Below, in pieces: positions 18,083-28,171 of a stretch of 64,000 nt of DNA. The translations under genes were made by a program, and so were the position numbers. Numbering within the stretch: the stretch's first letter is position 1; every line of letters begins with the position of its first letter. The notes under the pieces are model-generated. The model was not told where the DNA came from, did not search any database, and worked only from the letters and a program-made list of their open reading frames with translations. Source of the DNA: a virus (lineage: Duplodnaviria; Caudoviricetes); the IMG/VR virus record IMGVR_UViG_3300029305_003192. The stretch is one strand, 5' to 3'.

Positions 18083-20623
18083 TTATTTATCAATGCAGGC
18101 ATTGATGATTAAATCTCCATTTGGTACTGGTACAAGCTTCTTGCCCTTAGCCATTCTGGAGAGTGTTGGAATGTTGGCTACATCATATGCAACCTCACCA
18201 TTTGTCTGGGTGATAACGTAGAGTTTCTCATCATCATTACAGCTCTGTGCGAAGATTACTTCATCACCATCATCGACCTTGATGAGGTAAGAGTCATCCT
18301 TACGCTTAGTAGCTTCCTGAAGATACTCAGTCTCAACCTTCTTAGCGTATCCCTTAGCTGTGAGAATAACGATATACTTATCATTATTCTCTGGGAATAT
18401 CTGTCGAAGTCCAACACATCTGTCACCTTCGTCAGTTGCAATGAACTGAAGGCCAATTGTGTCCTTAAGTGCTGTAACAGGGAGTTCGGAATCCTTAACC
18501 ACAATATACTTACCCTTAGCTGTATATAAGAGCAGCTTGGATGTATCTGGAGTTTCCGGATTTGATACTACCATAGTAACTGCACAAATTCTGTCATTAT
18601 CTCTGAGCTTAGCTGCTCTTGCAGCATATCTCTCAGCAACATCTGTAGAGTCTCCCTGATATACATAATCAGAGAACTTGGTAGCCTTGACCATACCTTT
18701 CTCGGACAATGTTGTGAGATAGAGATTGTCATAGGATACCTTAGTTTTCTTCGCTTCCTTCTTAGTGGCATGTGCTTCATGACTGATAGCGAATCTTCCC
18801 TTAATATTACCTTCGAGCTTTGTAACATTGTAGATTGTCTCACCGATAGATGAGTAGATAGTATTTGGAATCTCATGAACTGGCATGATTGTATACTTAC
18901 CATAGTCATCTACAAGGATTACTGAGTCGAGGTTGTTTGCGAAGAATCTACCAAGCGGTCTGTCGCCCTGAGCGAGTGTACCGATAGGATTCTTTGTGTG
19001 GTATTTGTCAGGTGTCTTAGGAACCTTCTTGATATAACCCTGGAGAGTATTGACGATAATGTGCTCGGAGTTCATGATAACCTCATCCTTGTTAACCTGG
19101 ATGATAGGTGAACGTCTTTCCACAGGTCCATACTTTCTAAGGTCTTCGAGTTCCTTAAGGATAACCTTATCAATCTTCTTTGGAGAGTATGCGATTTCTG
19201 CAATCTCATCAAACTTCTCCTGAAGCTTCTTTCTGTCAGTGATGTACTTCTCATGAGCATCTGCAGTGAATGCTGAGAGCGGCATACCAATAACAATCTT
19301 TGCCTGGTGAGATGACATACCATATTCAGACATAAGTGCATGAGCAAGTTTCTCAGCAGGTGTCTTTCTGATAATAGTGATTGTCTTCTCGAGATTCTTG
19401 CCTTCTGTAAGCTCAATCATGATGTCCTTTGTATCAATATCGGAGCGGAGCTTATTGAGGCTGTGGTTGTAGAGTGAACGCTTATAGAGTCTTCTCTGGT
19501 CAATCCATGCAAGCACAAGTGTCTTGAGTGAGCATGGAACGATGTCTGTGTCACCTACGATAACCTTAAGGCTGATAGAGAGTGTCTTCTCAAGGTCTGT
19601 AAGTCTGAAGAGGTCCGCTCTAACTCTTCTTGGGTCAAGTGCCTTGTCGAGCTTAACCACCAGCTTGGGTTCAACGAATGTGGAACCATCTGGGTTGAGA
19701 TAAGACTCAGACTCATTTGCAATATGCTTAAAGTTGATAATCTTCTGCTTAGCAAGTTCGATTATCTTTGGCATAAGCTTTGCAAAGTCAACTGTATATG
19801 GAATATTAGTAATTACCAATCTCCATTCTGTATTAGTTTCTTCGATATCGATATTAGCTCTCATTCTGAGTCTACCGATACCTGTCTTACAAATATCCTC
19901 AATACCCTTAACGTCATCCACAATACAGCAACCTGTAGGGAGGTCTGGGTAAATGATGATATCTGATGCAGTTGGGTCTTTCAGATATGTCTTACATAAC
20001 TCAATGATATCACTGATGTGATATGGTGGAATACATCCAAGATGTCCCCAACCAATACCACTTGTACCATTGACAAGGATATTTGGGAACTTGGATGGAA
20101 GATATTCTGGTTCTTCCAGACCAGTTACGAATGATACCATTCCAACAGCAGCTGTGCTGAAGTCACTGAAGAAACACTCATAACCATATTTGGAAAGGAA
20201 TGCCTCAGTGTATCGATAAGCACCATACGCGTCTGCTGCGTCTGCTGAACCAAAGTTAGATGGTCCAGATATATAAGGTACCGCAGTCTTCCAGTCCTGT
20301 GCCATACCAACCATTGTACCATACACGGAGATATCTCCGTGGTTGTGGTACTTCATGGCAGTAGTTACCAGTGCAGAACACTTTGTCTTCTTTCCTGGTA
20401 ATGCACCTTCCTTATAGAAGGCGAAGAGGATTCTTCTTTCAACTGGTGTAAGAGAATCCATAATGTTAACCAACTGACGGGCATAGTTCAAGTTAGCTCC
20501 GAAGATGGTCATTGACTCCGTATTGAAGTCTGAGATATCCATATCGACGATATTGGACTCGTCGATAAAGTCGTTCTCGGTAATATTGTCCCATACTTTG
20601 GACGTTCCCTTTTTCTTGGCCAT
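18083..20623 (-). CDS. gyrA: Type IIA topoisomerase subunit A (GyrA/ParC-like)
   Basis: TPVERRILFA, KYHNHGD, AQDW, catalytic RYTEA, PNILVNGTSGIG, C-terminal beta-pinwheel repeats (T.KGYxK). Confidence 0.92.
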   Translation of the reverse strand: MAKKKGTSKVWDNITENDFIDESNIVDMDISDFNTESMTIFGANLNYARQLVNIMDSLTPVERRILFAFYKEGALPGKKTKCSALVTTAMKYHNHGDISVYGTMVGMAQDWKTAVPYISGPSNFGSADAADAYGAYRYTEAFLSKYGYECFFSDFSTAAVGMVSFVTGLEEPEYLPSKFPNILVNGTSGIGWGHLGCIPPYHISDIIELCKTYLKDPTASDIIIYPDLPTGCCIVDDVKGIEDICKTGIGRLRMRANIDIEETNTEWRLVITNIPYTVDFAKLMPKIIELAKQKIINFKHIANESESYLNPDGSTFVEPKLVVKLDKALDPRRVRADLFRLTDLEKTLSISLKVIVGDTDIVPCSLKTLVLAWIDQRRLYKRSLYNHSLNKLRSDIDTKDIMIELTEGKNLEKTITIIRKTPAEKLAHALMSEYGMSSHQAKIVIGMPLSAFTADAHEKYITDRKKLQEKFDEIAEIAYSPKKIDKVILKELEDLRKYGPVERRSPIIQVNKDEVIMNSEHIIVNTLQGYIKKVPKTPDKYHTKNPIGTLAQGDRPLGRFFANNLDSVILVDDYGKYTIMPVHEIPNTIYSSIGETIYNVTKLEGNIKGRFAISHEAHATKKEAKKTKVSYDNLYLTTLSEKGMVKATKFSDYVYQGDSTDVAERYAARAAKLRDNDRICAVTMVVSNPETPDTSKLLLYTAKGKYIVVKDSELPVTALKDTIGLQFIATDEGDRCVGLRQIFPENNDKYIVILTAKGYAKKVETEYLQEATKRKDDSYLIKVDDGDEVIFAQSCNDDEKLYVITQTNGEVAYDVANIPTLSRMAKGKKLVPVPNGDLIINACIDK

Positions 20624-20635
20624 TTTAATCCCTCC

Positions 20636-23032
20636 TTAGTTATCAAGGTCGTCGATAGTGATTTCAGCATTAGCAATCAGGTCTCTTCTTGCCTGTCTTG
20701 GTTTATTACCCTTACCATGCAAGATGAATACTGTATCAATCGCCTTCTGTCTGTCATCCATTGTAAGACGTGTAAGCTTACGTGTCTTTGGATTGAGAGA
20801 TGTTGCGAACATCAGCATTGCTTCTGCTTCACCAAGTCCCTTGAATCTCTGCTCGGCTGTAATATTATATATACTGCCAATCTGATTAAAGAACTGACCA
20901 ATCGTAATCTTTTCGGGGATATCCTTCTCGTCTTTATTCTTATTACAGAATGCGACGTAAAGGCTTTCGTTCTGATTGAGAATATCGATGAAATGCTCTG
21001 CCATAGTCATAAAGCCTTCGTCGATGATAAGTCCATACTGTTCGGACTCGTAAGCACCTACGAGTGAACGAGACTCTGCATCATAAACCATTTCTGGAAG
21101 ACGCTTCTTAAGGTCCTTAACCATTGCCGCTGTGCCGAGACCATGCTCAACTACCGCATCACAAACATATTCAATGAGTGTTGGGTCACACGCTTCTCTT
21201 GTTTCAGCAAGCTTAAGCAGACGTTCGTAGTATCTCTTATTGAGCTCGAGGAAATTGATAATTTCTCTCTTATTCTGCTCAACTGGAGTACCGTCTGTAT
21301 CGAATACCCAGAGGCGGATATTCTTGGAAATAATGTCATTATATTCCCTCTGGAATTCCTTCTTGTCATAGTAGAAGTTCTTCTTCATACCGTACTTCTT
21401 AACGGTACTATCAGGGAATACGTAAAGTGGTGGCATACCTGCAAAGAGTCTGCCTTCCTCAATAAGCTGTGGATACCACGTTACAAGGTCCGTAGATACA
21501 AGTGAACGAATGTTCTTACCATCGGCATCGGCGTCTTGTAAGAATATAATCTTATTCCACTTGAAGTTATTGATGTCAAATGGCTTACCAGGTTCAATAC
21601 CGAGAATCTGTGAAAGCTCTCTTGGAATTGCAGACTTGTTTCTCTGAGCGATATTGAGCTCTGCAGTATTCTTAAGCACACCCTGGGTATGGTAGATTGC
21701 CTGGAAGTCGTGGTTTACCGTCTTATTAATAGCTCCGGCTGCGGATTTACCCTCAGTGATAATGAGCTCACGATAACCCTTCTTATTGCTATCAGAAAGC
21801 GGGATATATCTATCGATAGCGCTTTCGTCAAATACAGACATTGGCTTTGGAGGCTTGATGCCTTTCATTTGAATTGCAGCAAGTCTAATCTTTGACATCT
21901 GTCTGTAGTAACTGATGAGTTTATTAAGGAGTGCATTATTGGAGGAGAAGAATTCTGCAATAGCATTATGAATTCCCTTACGACCAATCTCGTCAATCTC
22001 CTTAGATGTTACAGATGACTTATGCTGACCTGCAAGTACTACTGAACCCCACTTACATCCAACTACCATTACGAGTCCCTTACGAACATCGGCAGCAGTT
22101 ACCGGATACTTAGAATCTGGGTCAGCTACTCTTGCAGCTTTGACCATAAAGTCACAAAGTGCACTACGACATGTATTGAGGTGATAACCGCCTTCAAATG
22201 TCCATACGTAGTTACAGTAAGAGTCATTAACTTCCTCTTCAATTGCCTTGTCGTATGAGAATGACATCTTGAGGAGAAGTGCGCCTGGTTCATTAGATTC
22301 TTCCCAGTCAATGTTGATTGGGTCAAATTCGAGTTTGGAAGCAGCAAGGAACTTAACGTTTGAGTCAAGTCCTGCGTACTTGAATACTCTGTCATAAGCT
22401 ATCTCAGTACAGTCACCCTTCATAGAGTAGAAGTGAATTGTGAGATGCTTAGGCATATCATATGACATGTGTCTTAACCACTCGAGACACATGTCTGTAG
22501 TAACATGTACTGGACCAAGCATGGTATCACTTGGTATAAAGTTAATCGTGAGACCGTGCTCATCCTTCTTAGCTGGTGTTGGGTCAAACTCCTGAAGTTC
22601 ACAATCGATAAACTTGATAAGTTTACTCTTACCTTCACGAATTGACTCCATGCTAAATACATGAGAATATGCATTAGTTACTTTCATACCAACACCAAAG
22701 CATCCTGCTGAGTAATAGTTGTTGGTACGGTCATATTTGGTAGATGTATGCTTATTGGTACAGAACTCGACCATCTTATCATGCTTGATACCTCTACCAT
22801 TATCAGATACAATGAAGTGCTGATATTCTTCATCGAAGTAAATCTCAATCTTATCACATGGCGACATCACGTTTGTCGCTTCGTCGATTGAGTTATTAAC
22901 GATTTCTTTGAAGAGATGTAATGCACCTTCAGTTCCCAATGTACTGATGTACATACCGGCACACTTCTGTATCTGCTCAAGCTCATTTTCTATGTGCTCG
23001 TAGTTATCATCTACGAACTGAGTCTTTGCCAT
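20636..23032 (-). CDS. gyrB: Type IIA topoisomerase subunit B (GyrB/ParE-like)
   Basis: GMYIS, EIVNNSIDEA, DNGRGI, TOPRIM TEGKSAA and DADADG, PPLY, RFKGLGE. Confidence 0.93.
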   Translation of the reverse strand: MAKTQFVDDNYEHIENELEQIQKCAGMYISTLGTEGALHLFKEIVNNSIDEATNVMSPCDKIEIYFDEEYQHFIVSDNGRGIKHDKMVEFCTNKHTSTKYDRTNNYYSAGCFGVGMKVTNAYSHVFSMESIREGKSKLIKFIDCELQEFDPTPAKKDEHGLTINFIPSDTMLGPVHVTTDMCLEWLRHMSYDMPKHLTIHFYSMKGDCTEIAYDRVFKYAGLDSNVKFLAASKLEFDPINIDWEESNEPGALLLKMSFSYDKAIEEEVNDSYCNYVWTFEGGYHLNTCRSALCDFMVKAARVADPDSKYPVTAADVRKGLVMVVGCKWGSVVLAGQHKSSVTSKEIDEIGRKGIHNAIAEFFSSNNALLNKLISYYRQMSKIRLAAIQMKGIKPPKPMSVFDESAIDRYIPLSDSNKKGYRELIITEGKSAAGAINKTVNHDFQAIYHTQGVLKNTAELNIAQRNKSAIPRELSQILGIEPGKPFDINNFKWNKIIFLQDADADGKNIRSLVSTDLVTWYPQLIEEGRLFAGMPPLYVFPDSTVKKYGMKKNFYYDKKEFQREYNDIISKNIRLWVFDTDGTPVEQNKREIINFLELNKRYYERLLKLAETREACDPTLIEYVCDAVVEHGLGTAAMVKDLKKRLPEMVYDAESRSLVGAYESEQYGLIIDEGFMTMAEHFIDILNQNESLYVAFCNKNKDEKDIPEKITIGQFFNQIGSIYNITAEQRFKGLGEAEAMLMFATSLNPKTRKLTRLTMDDRQKAIDTVFILHGKGNKPRQARRDLIANAEITIDDLDN

Positions 23033-23137
23033 ACATTTTCAATCCTTTCGCGTTTTATTACTGAGTCCCAGCTATCACTCGGACTAATAATATAGTTCAG
23101 CCAGAAATAAAAATTTTCTCTCTGGGAAAATATAATA

Positions 23138-23164
23138 CCCCAAAGCGGGGATACCGCTTTGGGG
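23138..23164. terminator. Intergenic hairpin
   Basis: CCCCAAAGCGG...CCGCTTTGGGG. Confidence 0.65.
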
Positions 23165-23195
23165 AGTAAGTATTGCCTGGCCAGGAAATACTTGA

Positions 23196-23630
23196 TTAGT
23201 TTTCGTAGTGGGCACCGCCGTGGTTACCACGTCTCTTGTTTGCCTTATCCTTCTTCTTAGCCTGTTCGCCTCTCTGCTGCTTATAAGCCTTGACGAACTT
23301 CTCAGCGTCCATAAGGAAATCAGCCTGCCATTCGCATCTGTGCTGGCCCTTTTCTGTACTTGTGTCCGTAAGCATTCGCATGAAGTCAGAAGCAGTTTCC
23401 AGCTGGTTGAGAACCTGATCCATCTCCTGGTCTGTTGGAGCCTTCTGGTCGATGATTTTATGACATTTCTTACAGCGCCATGCTGTCTTGCCGTCCTTCT
23501 GAATTACTTCGAGAAAGATTTCGCCGTTCTTCTGGTGGTCGCACATACATCTAAAGCGACGCTTATTTTTCTCCAGTTTTTCCTGGGTAGACTCGATTTC
23601 GTTCAGAGCCTTGTGGATGTTGTTACCCAT
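23196..23630 (-). CDS. Zinc-ribbon-containing basic protein
   Basis: CxCxH...WRCKKC motif, basic C-terminus, AGGAGG RBS. Confidence 0.75.
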   Translation of the reverse strand: MGNNIHKALNEIESTQEKLEKNKRRFRCMCDHQKNGEIFLEVIQKDGKTAWRCKKCHKIIDQKAPTDQEMDQVLNQLETASDFMRMLTDTSTEKGQHRCEWQADFLMDAEKFVKAYKQQRGEQAKKKDKANKRRGNHGGAHYEN

Positions 23631-23732
23631 GATAGAATTCCTCCTATGAATTGAAATTTATGGATTATGTCCATTAGAGATATTATTTCTTGAGTGGTAA
23701 GAATTAATATCCGATATGGAGTTGTCCGGCTG

Positions 23733-23751
23733 TATGATATATAACTGAAAA
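23733..23751 (-). promoter_or_regulatory. Putative early phage promoter
   Basis: TTTTCAGTTATATATCATA directly after a hairpin. Confidence 0.5.
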
Positions 23752-23755
23752 TAAA

Positions 23756-23785
23756 ATACCCGATGCCCATTTAGGCATCGGGTAT
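23756..23785 (-). terminator. Terminator after the endolysin
   Basis: ATACCCGATGCC...GGCATCGGGTAT followed by T-rich sequence on the minus strand. Confidence 0.75.
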
Positions 23786-23791
23786 AAACGA

Positions 23792-25906
23792 TTACTTAGT
23801 TTCCATAAGCTGTGTCCAGAGGTTAAGAATTTTCTCACCGTATCCTGTACCTGTACACCATTTACCGTCGAGGTCAATCCATCTTGGAGCACAACCTCTT
23901 GTGACGAATTTGAATCTTGGGTCATACAAAGTTCTGCCTGCAGGAATAGCATCCTTACATGCATATGCGTACAGATGCTGCATCTGTGCTTCAACGCCGT
24001 TCTCAATAGTAACGAATGCGTTACCTGAGATACCGAGAGATGTTACACCAAGTCCGCAATAGTTATGCTGATTTGGCTTTACAGCTGTACCGCCTTCAAA
24101 CTTAAACCATCCAGTTTCAACGATAGACTGGCAGATAGCAACGTCGCCACGGATACCATAAATCGCAGAAATCTCTACGAAAGCACGAGCGATTGCTGGG
24201 TCAAAGTCAGGGTTGTGTTTCTGAATGAACTTGACCATCTGAGCTTCAGTAGCAAGTGTAGTACCACGGATAAGCTCAGAAGCTTCCGGAGTTTCGATAA
24301 CTTCATCGTCTTCACTCAGGATTTCGATGACATCTGCAAGGAACTGGCTGAGGATACCGGATTTGATAGCACTGCGGATACCTTCATACTTAGGGTCACC
24401 GAGTACTTCTCTTACCCTATCCATGCCATCATCTTCTTCGATGATTTCCTCTTCAACGAGTTCCTCCTCGAGAACTTCACCGTCTTCGATAATCTCTTCC
24501 TCAAGAATCTCATCTTCAGTCTTAGGTGTTTCGACCTTGGCTGGTTTCTGGAAGAGTTCGAGATAGTTAATAGGAACCCAAGAGTTGATAGTATCAAGTT
24601 TAGCCTCGAACTGAATCTCGGACTTACCAATATCTCTCTTGATAAGGTCGATAACCTTTGTCACACACTTGGAGTTGACAGATGCGATTACTGATGTAGG
24701 AATGACTGTACCGTTGTTACCGTAATATGGAGTAAATCCGGAGCGGAACTTAACCACATCATTCTTCTCAAGGACATACTGCTTACCTGTAGCGTCATAT
24801 ACAGCAAATCCTGTATAGATATTCTGCTCAAGGTTAGCCCAGAATCCAGCGGTACCTCTCTTCTTTGTGAGATTATACATACCGTTGGAGATTGCATATA
24901 CGTAGTATGTACCTGGCTCTGCTTCGCCCTTGTTGTTAATCATCTTAGATGCATCGTCAGCAGTAGAGTACTTCTTAATGTACTTGAATACTTCGTACTT
25001 TTCATTAACCTCAAGGATACCATCGCCGTCATCGTCCACAGGAGTATCGGTTTCTGGCTTTTCGTTATCGTTAGGGTTAATCCAAGCACCAGCAGTGCCT
25101 ACTGTCTTTGTGAGGTTATACATACCATTATACTTCTTATAGATGTAATATGTACCAGCTGCAAGCTTACCCACTGCAAGAGATCCATCACCGCTTTTAG
25201 CATTATCTGCTGAAACGAACTTAGGAAGCTCGGTATAAACTGTATACTTTTCAGTATCAGTAATTTCTGTAGAAGGTACGACGATAACTTCATTACCAAT
25301 GCTGGAGCTAACATATGTCACGTTAAACCAGTCACAGATAATCTTTGCATCAACATCTGCAATCTTAGCAAGCTTTGTATCATCGATAAGCCATTTTACA
25401 TCAGTTGGGTTGGAATGAAATCCATGTTCAATAAGGAAAGCTCTCTTACATCCAGCTGCAGCTGAATTACGGATTACACCGTAGTAGTCAAGGCCACCAT
25501 TACCGATACGAGTCATAGGACCGCGGTTTCTGGTACCCATCAGTTCAGCAACTGCTGCGGAGAGATTGGTAGCAAACTTCTTATTTGGCTCAGCATCCTG
25601 GATACTATAGTATACGGATACACCATTGGCGGATGTACTTACGTAGTTACCGATAGCATCAGAGTGAAGAGAAATAAAGAGGTCAGCCTTAGTACTTCCT
25701 GCCAACTTACCACGGTTAGCAAGAGTCGGGTCATCGGACACCTGGTTACGGGTAAGCACCACATCAATACCTGCAGTTTCCAGCTTCTTACGAAGCATGA
25801 GTGCAAGTTTGTACATCTGAGTGCCTTCATAGAAGCCCTCAGCTGTTGGATATGGGTTACCATACTGACCATGTCCTGGGTCGAGTACGACTTTAATCGT
25901 GCCCAT
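23792..25906 (-). CDS. Bifunctional peptidoglycan hydrolase: Amidase_3, two cell-wall-binding repeats, acidic linker, GH73-like glucosaminidase
   Basis: VVLDPGHG, E, SLHSDA, LIEHGFHSN (Amidase_3); repeats GTYYIYKKYNGMYNLTK and GTYYVYAISNGMYNLTK; QSIVETGW, HNYCGLG, YAYA. Confidence 0.88.
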   Translation of the reverse strand: MGTIKVVLDPGHGQYGNPYPTAEGFYEGTQMYKLALMLRKKLETAGIDVVLTRNQVSDDPTLANRGKLAGSTKADLFISLHSDAIGNYVSTSANGVSVYYSIQDAEPNKKFATNLSAAVAELMGTRNRGPMTRIGNGGLDYYGVIRNSAAAGCKRAFLIEHGFHSNPTDVKWLIDDTKLAKIADVDAKIICDWFNVTYVSSSIGNEVIVVPSTEITDTEKYTVYTELPKFVSADNAKSGDGSLAVGKLAAGTYYIYKKYNGMYNLTKTVGTAGAWINPNDNEKPETDTPVDDDGDGILEVNEKYEVFKYIKKYSTADDASKMINNKGEAEPGTYYVYAISNGMYNLTKKRGTAGFWANLEQNIYTGFAVYDATGKQYVLEKNDVVKFRSGFTPYYGNNGTVIPTSVIASVNSKCVTKVIDLIKRDIGKSEIQFEAKLDTINSWVPINYLELFQKPAKVETPKTEDEILEEEIIEDGEVLEEELVEEEIIEEDDGMDRVREVLGDPKYEGIRSAIKSGILSQFLADVIEILSEDDEVIETPEASELIRGTTLATEAQMVKFIQKHNPDFDPAIARAFVEISAIYGIRGDVAICQSIVETGWFKFEGGTAVKPNQHNYCGLGVTSLGISGNAFVTIENGVEAQMQHLYAYACKDAIPAGRTLYDPRFKFVTRGCAPRWIDLDGKWCTGTGYGEKILNLWTQLMETK

Positions 25907-25953
25907 TGTGAATTCCACCTTTCATAGATAGATTATTTTGTGATTCTGACCTA

Positions 25954-25965
25954 TACCCTCTTGTT
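25954..25965 (-). promoter_or_regulatory. Putative late promoter AACA-N6-TA for the endolysin
   Basis: AACAAGAGGGTA. Confidence 0.55.
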
Positions 25966-25968
25966 TCG

Positions 25969-25986
25969 GAAAAGTATATATCATAG
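25969..25986 (+). promoter_or_regulatory. Putative early promoter, divergent from the endolysin promoter
   Basis: GAAAAGTATATATCATAG upstream of the plus-strand gene at 26019. Confidence 0.5.
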
Positions 25987-26018
25987 AGGTATACTTAACC
26001 CGGAAAGGAGTAATTAAT

Positions 26019-26525
26019 ATGGGTAAGAAGACAAAGGACAAGGTAAACAAGAAGGCAATGAAGATGATCAACGAGATCAACGAACTGCTTGACCGAAAGA
26101 AGAAGACACCGAGTTACAACAAGATTATCAACGGCAAACTCAAAGACATTTACATCTACACGGACTTCGGTCCAGGATGTCGCAGACTTGTGAACTTTAC
26201 AAACGAAATGAAGAAGTTTGTTGAGTTACATGATATGAAAGACGATAAGATTAAGATGATTCATATTAATACGGTCATCAAGAATATCCTCCAGCGTCAG
26301 GGTTATGATATTTATGATGAAGATAGCGAGCGTTTTCACACATCGCGTTACGTCTTCAACGATATGGGATGTAAGATCGTATCTCTGGTCCGTGACTATG
26401 AGGATGGTATTGGAGAATGCTGGGGACACCTCAGTGATTCCGAGTATATTGGAGAGTCTCTCCCTATCCGCTGGTGTGTATCGTTCGGACCTCCAACGGG
26501 TACAGATGCTCCGGTTGACGAATAA
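26019..26525 (+). CDS. Hypothetical protein
   Basis: 168 aa, AAGGAG RBS. Confidence 0.75.
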   Translation: MGKKTKDKVNKKAMKMINEINELLDRKKKTPSYNKIINGKLKDIYIYTDFGPGCRRLVNFTNEMKKFVELHDMKDDKIKMIHINTVIKNILQRQGYDIYDEDSERFHTSRYVFNDMGCKIVSLVRDYEDGIGECWGHLSDSEYIGESLPIRWCVSFGPPTGTDAPVDE

Positions 26526-26614
26526 CGATTGTTGGGTAGGAGGGTGTAAATCACCCTCCGAATGACCCGACAACTTACTAAACCTATGATTTTTTTGTTA
26601 TAAGAGGTGATTTT

Positions 26615-27340
26615 ATGTATCTTTTATTGGATGACGCCAATACGATTCTTCTTATCACACAGGCGTGTAAGAAGACATCTATCGGATGGCAAGTCAATAA
26701 GAATATGATAATCAGAAAGCCTGATGCGACTTTAGTCGAAGTTGACGAGGTACCTGATTATGTTGAACCTATGAAATATCGTTATATGGACGGAGTATTC
26801 TCCATATCTCCACATTGGGTTGAGCCGGTTAATGAGATGGCTGAGCTTAAGAAACAGGTTAAGACTCTCACAGCCGAACTTAATCAGGTCAATATGGATG
26901 TTAATGGTACTGACCCAAATAAGATGAATACTGAGGAATACCGCACATATCTCAGAAGTAAAAATAACCAGCTTCTCGCCAAGTTCCTTCTTGAGAATCC
27001 ACTCAAGTGGACAAATAATAAGTATTATGGGGCTACTGAGGAAGATCAGAGTCTCATGCTTAACAACTACAACGGCTGGAAGATGTTTAATCAGCTTGGT
27101 ATTCCAATTAAACTCGAGTGGAATGCTGCTAACGAGGGCTGTACTGAATGGACTGAAGAAGAATATCTGTCACTGATGGGTGCGATTTATACCTATGCTA
27201 AAAAGATGCTTAAACTTTGTCAGTGGTATAAAGTAAAGATTATCAATGCTGCCAATAAGTTTGAGATGGATGCTGTCACACTCGAGTATTCGGTCGAGAA
27301 AGCTGATGAAGTTATCCAGAGTCTCCAGGCAAATGAATAA
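26615..27340 (+). CDS. Tail-associated protein, DUF4376-like C-terminus
   Basis: YYGATEEDQ...LEWNAANEGCTEWTEEE pattern shared with 36430 and 45573. Confidence 0.65.
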   Translation: MYLLLDDANTILLITQACKKTSIGWQVNKNMIIRKPDATLVEVDEVPDYVEPMKYRYMDGVFSISPHWVEPVNEMAELKKQVKTLTAELNQVNMDVNGTDPNKMNTEEYRTYLRSKNNQLLAKFLLENPLKWTNNKYYGATEEDQSLMLNNYNGWKMFNQLGIPIKLEWNAANEGCTEWTEEEYLSLMGAIYTYAKKMLKLCQWYKVKIINAANKFEMDAVTLEYSVEKADEVIQSLQANE

Positions 27341-27353
27341 GAGGTGATTATAC

Positions 27354-28118
27354 ATGCAGGTTAGTAATCTCTTAGTGAATGGGGACATGCGAGTAGATGG
27401 TAAGATATATGGTATATCTGCGATTTCTACTCGAGAAGTGGTTCAGGTATCATCAGATGAGCCTGTTAATCTTGTTAAGATAGGCACTCTCAAAATGAAA
27501 GACTCTGTACCAGATGCTATATCCCCACTCGCCAATATTAATTTCAGTATTATGCCCGATAGTGAGAGCATATCATCTCCATCAATGGCAACTATGGTTA
27601 TTGGTGAAGAACCAGATAATACTCCGATGATGGGATCGATGCTCTTTGACTTTGGACATAATAGTAATGATGAGGAAAAGTTGTTCGTTAAATCATCTAT
27701 GGATGCTCATCTTGTTAAACTTACCTCATATGATAATTATACGGCAGATGTATATTTGGCATTTGAAGAAACCCTCGATAGCGTTACAGTTATCGCGGAT
27801 GTGGTTTTTAATAATGCCTTCTCATTCACCACAGATACTGCGACATATTTATCAAATCCGTGGGAAACTGGAACCATCGTCTCACCTGCTATTAAGAGGG
27901 TGATAGGTGGTACCATCCCAGTATTTAAAGGTGCTACAGATAGTACCGATGGTGGTGAAGGATTAGTTCCGGCACCTGTTAAGGGTAACCCGGAACGATT
28001 CCTTAAGGTCGATGGTACTTGGGAACCTGTCGATTTCGCCACATTTGAACATGTTGAAGATTCTGATATCAACACTTTGTTTGGAGATGAGGAGATAACT
28101 CCCATCTACTCGACATAG
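27354..28118 (+). CDS. Tail fibre-associated protein
   Basis: LLVNGDMRVDG N-terminus; FKGATDSTDGGEGLVPAP...FLKVDGTW tail-fibre motif. Confidence 0.7.
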   Translation: MQVSNLLVNGDMRVDGKIYGISAISTREVVQVSSDEPVNLVKIGTLKMKDSVPDAISPLANINFSIMPDSESISSPSMATMVIGEEPDNTPMMGSMLFDFGHNSNDEEKLFVKSSMDAHLVKLTSYDNYTADVYLAFEETLDSVTVIADVVFNNAFSFTTDTATYLSNPWETGTIVSPAIKRVIGGTIPVFKGATDSTDGGEGLVPAPVKGNPERFLKVDGTWEPVDFATFEHVEDSDINTLFGDEEITPIYST

Positions 28119-28171
28119 TTAAGATACCGGATTTCAAATAATATTTTTTACGTGAAAGGAATGATTTTAAC

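Noticed and set aside
11687-23032. Bacterial chromosome origin (ftsZ, gyrAB, recA, rpoB)
   Set aside because: All are highly divergent, the RNAP is split, and the context is tail/lysis genes, indicating a jumbo phage
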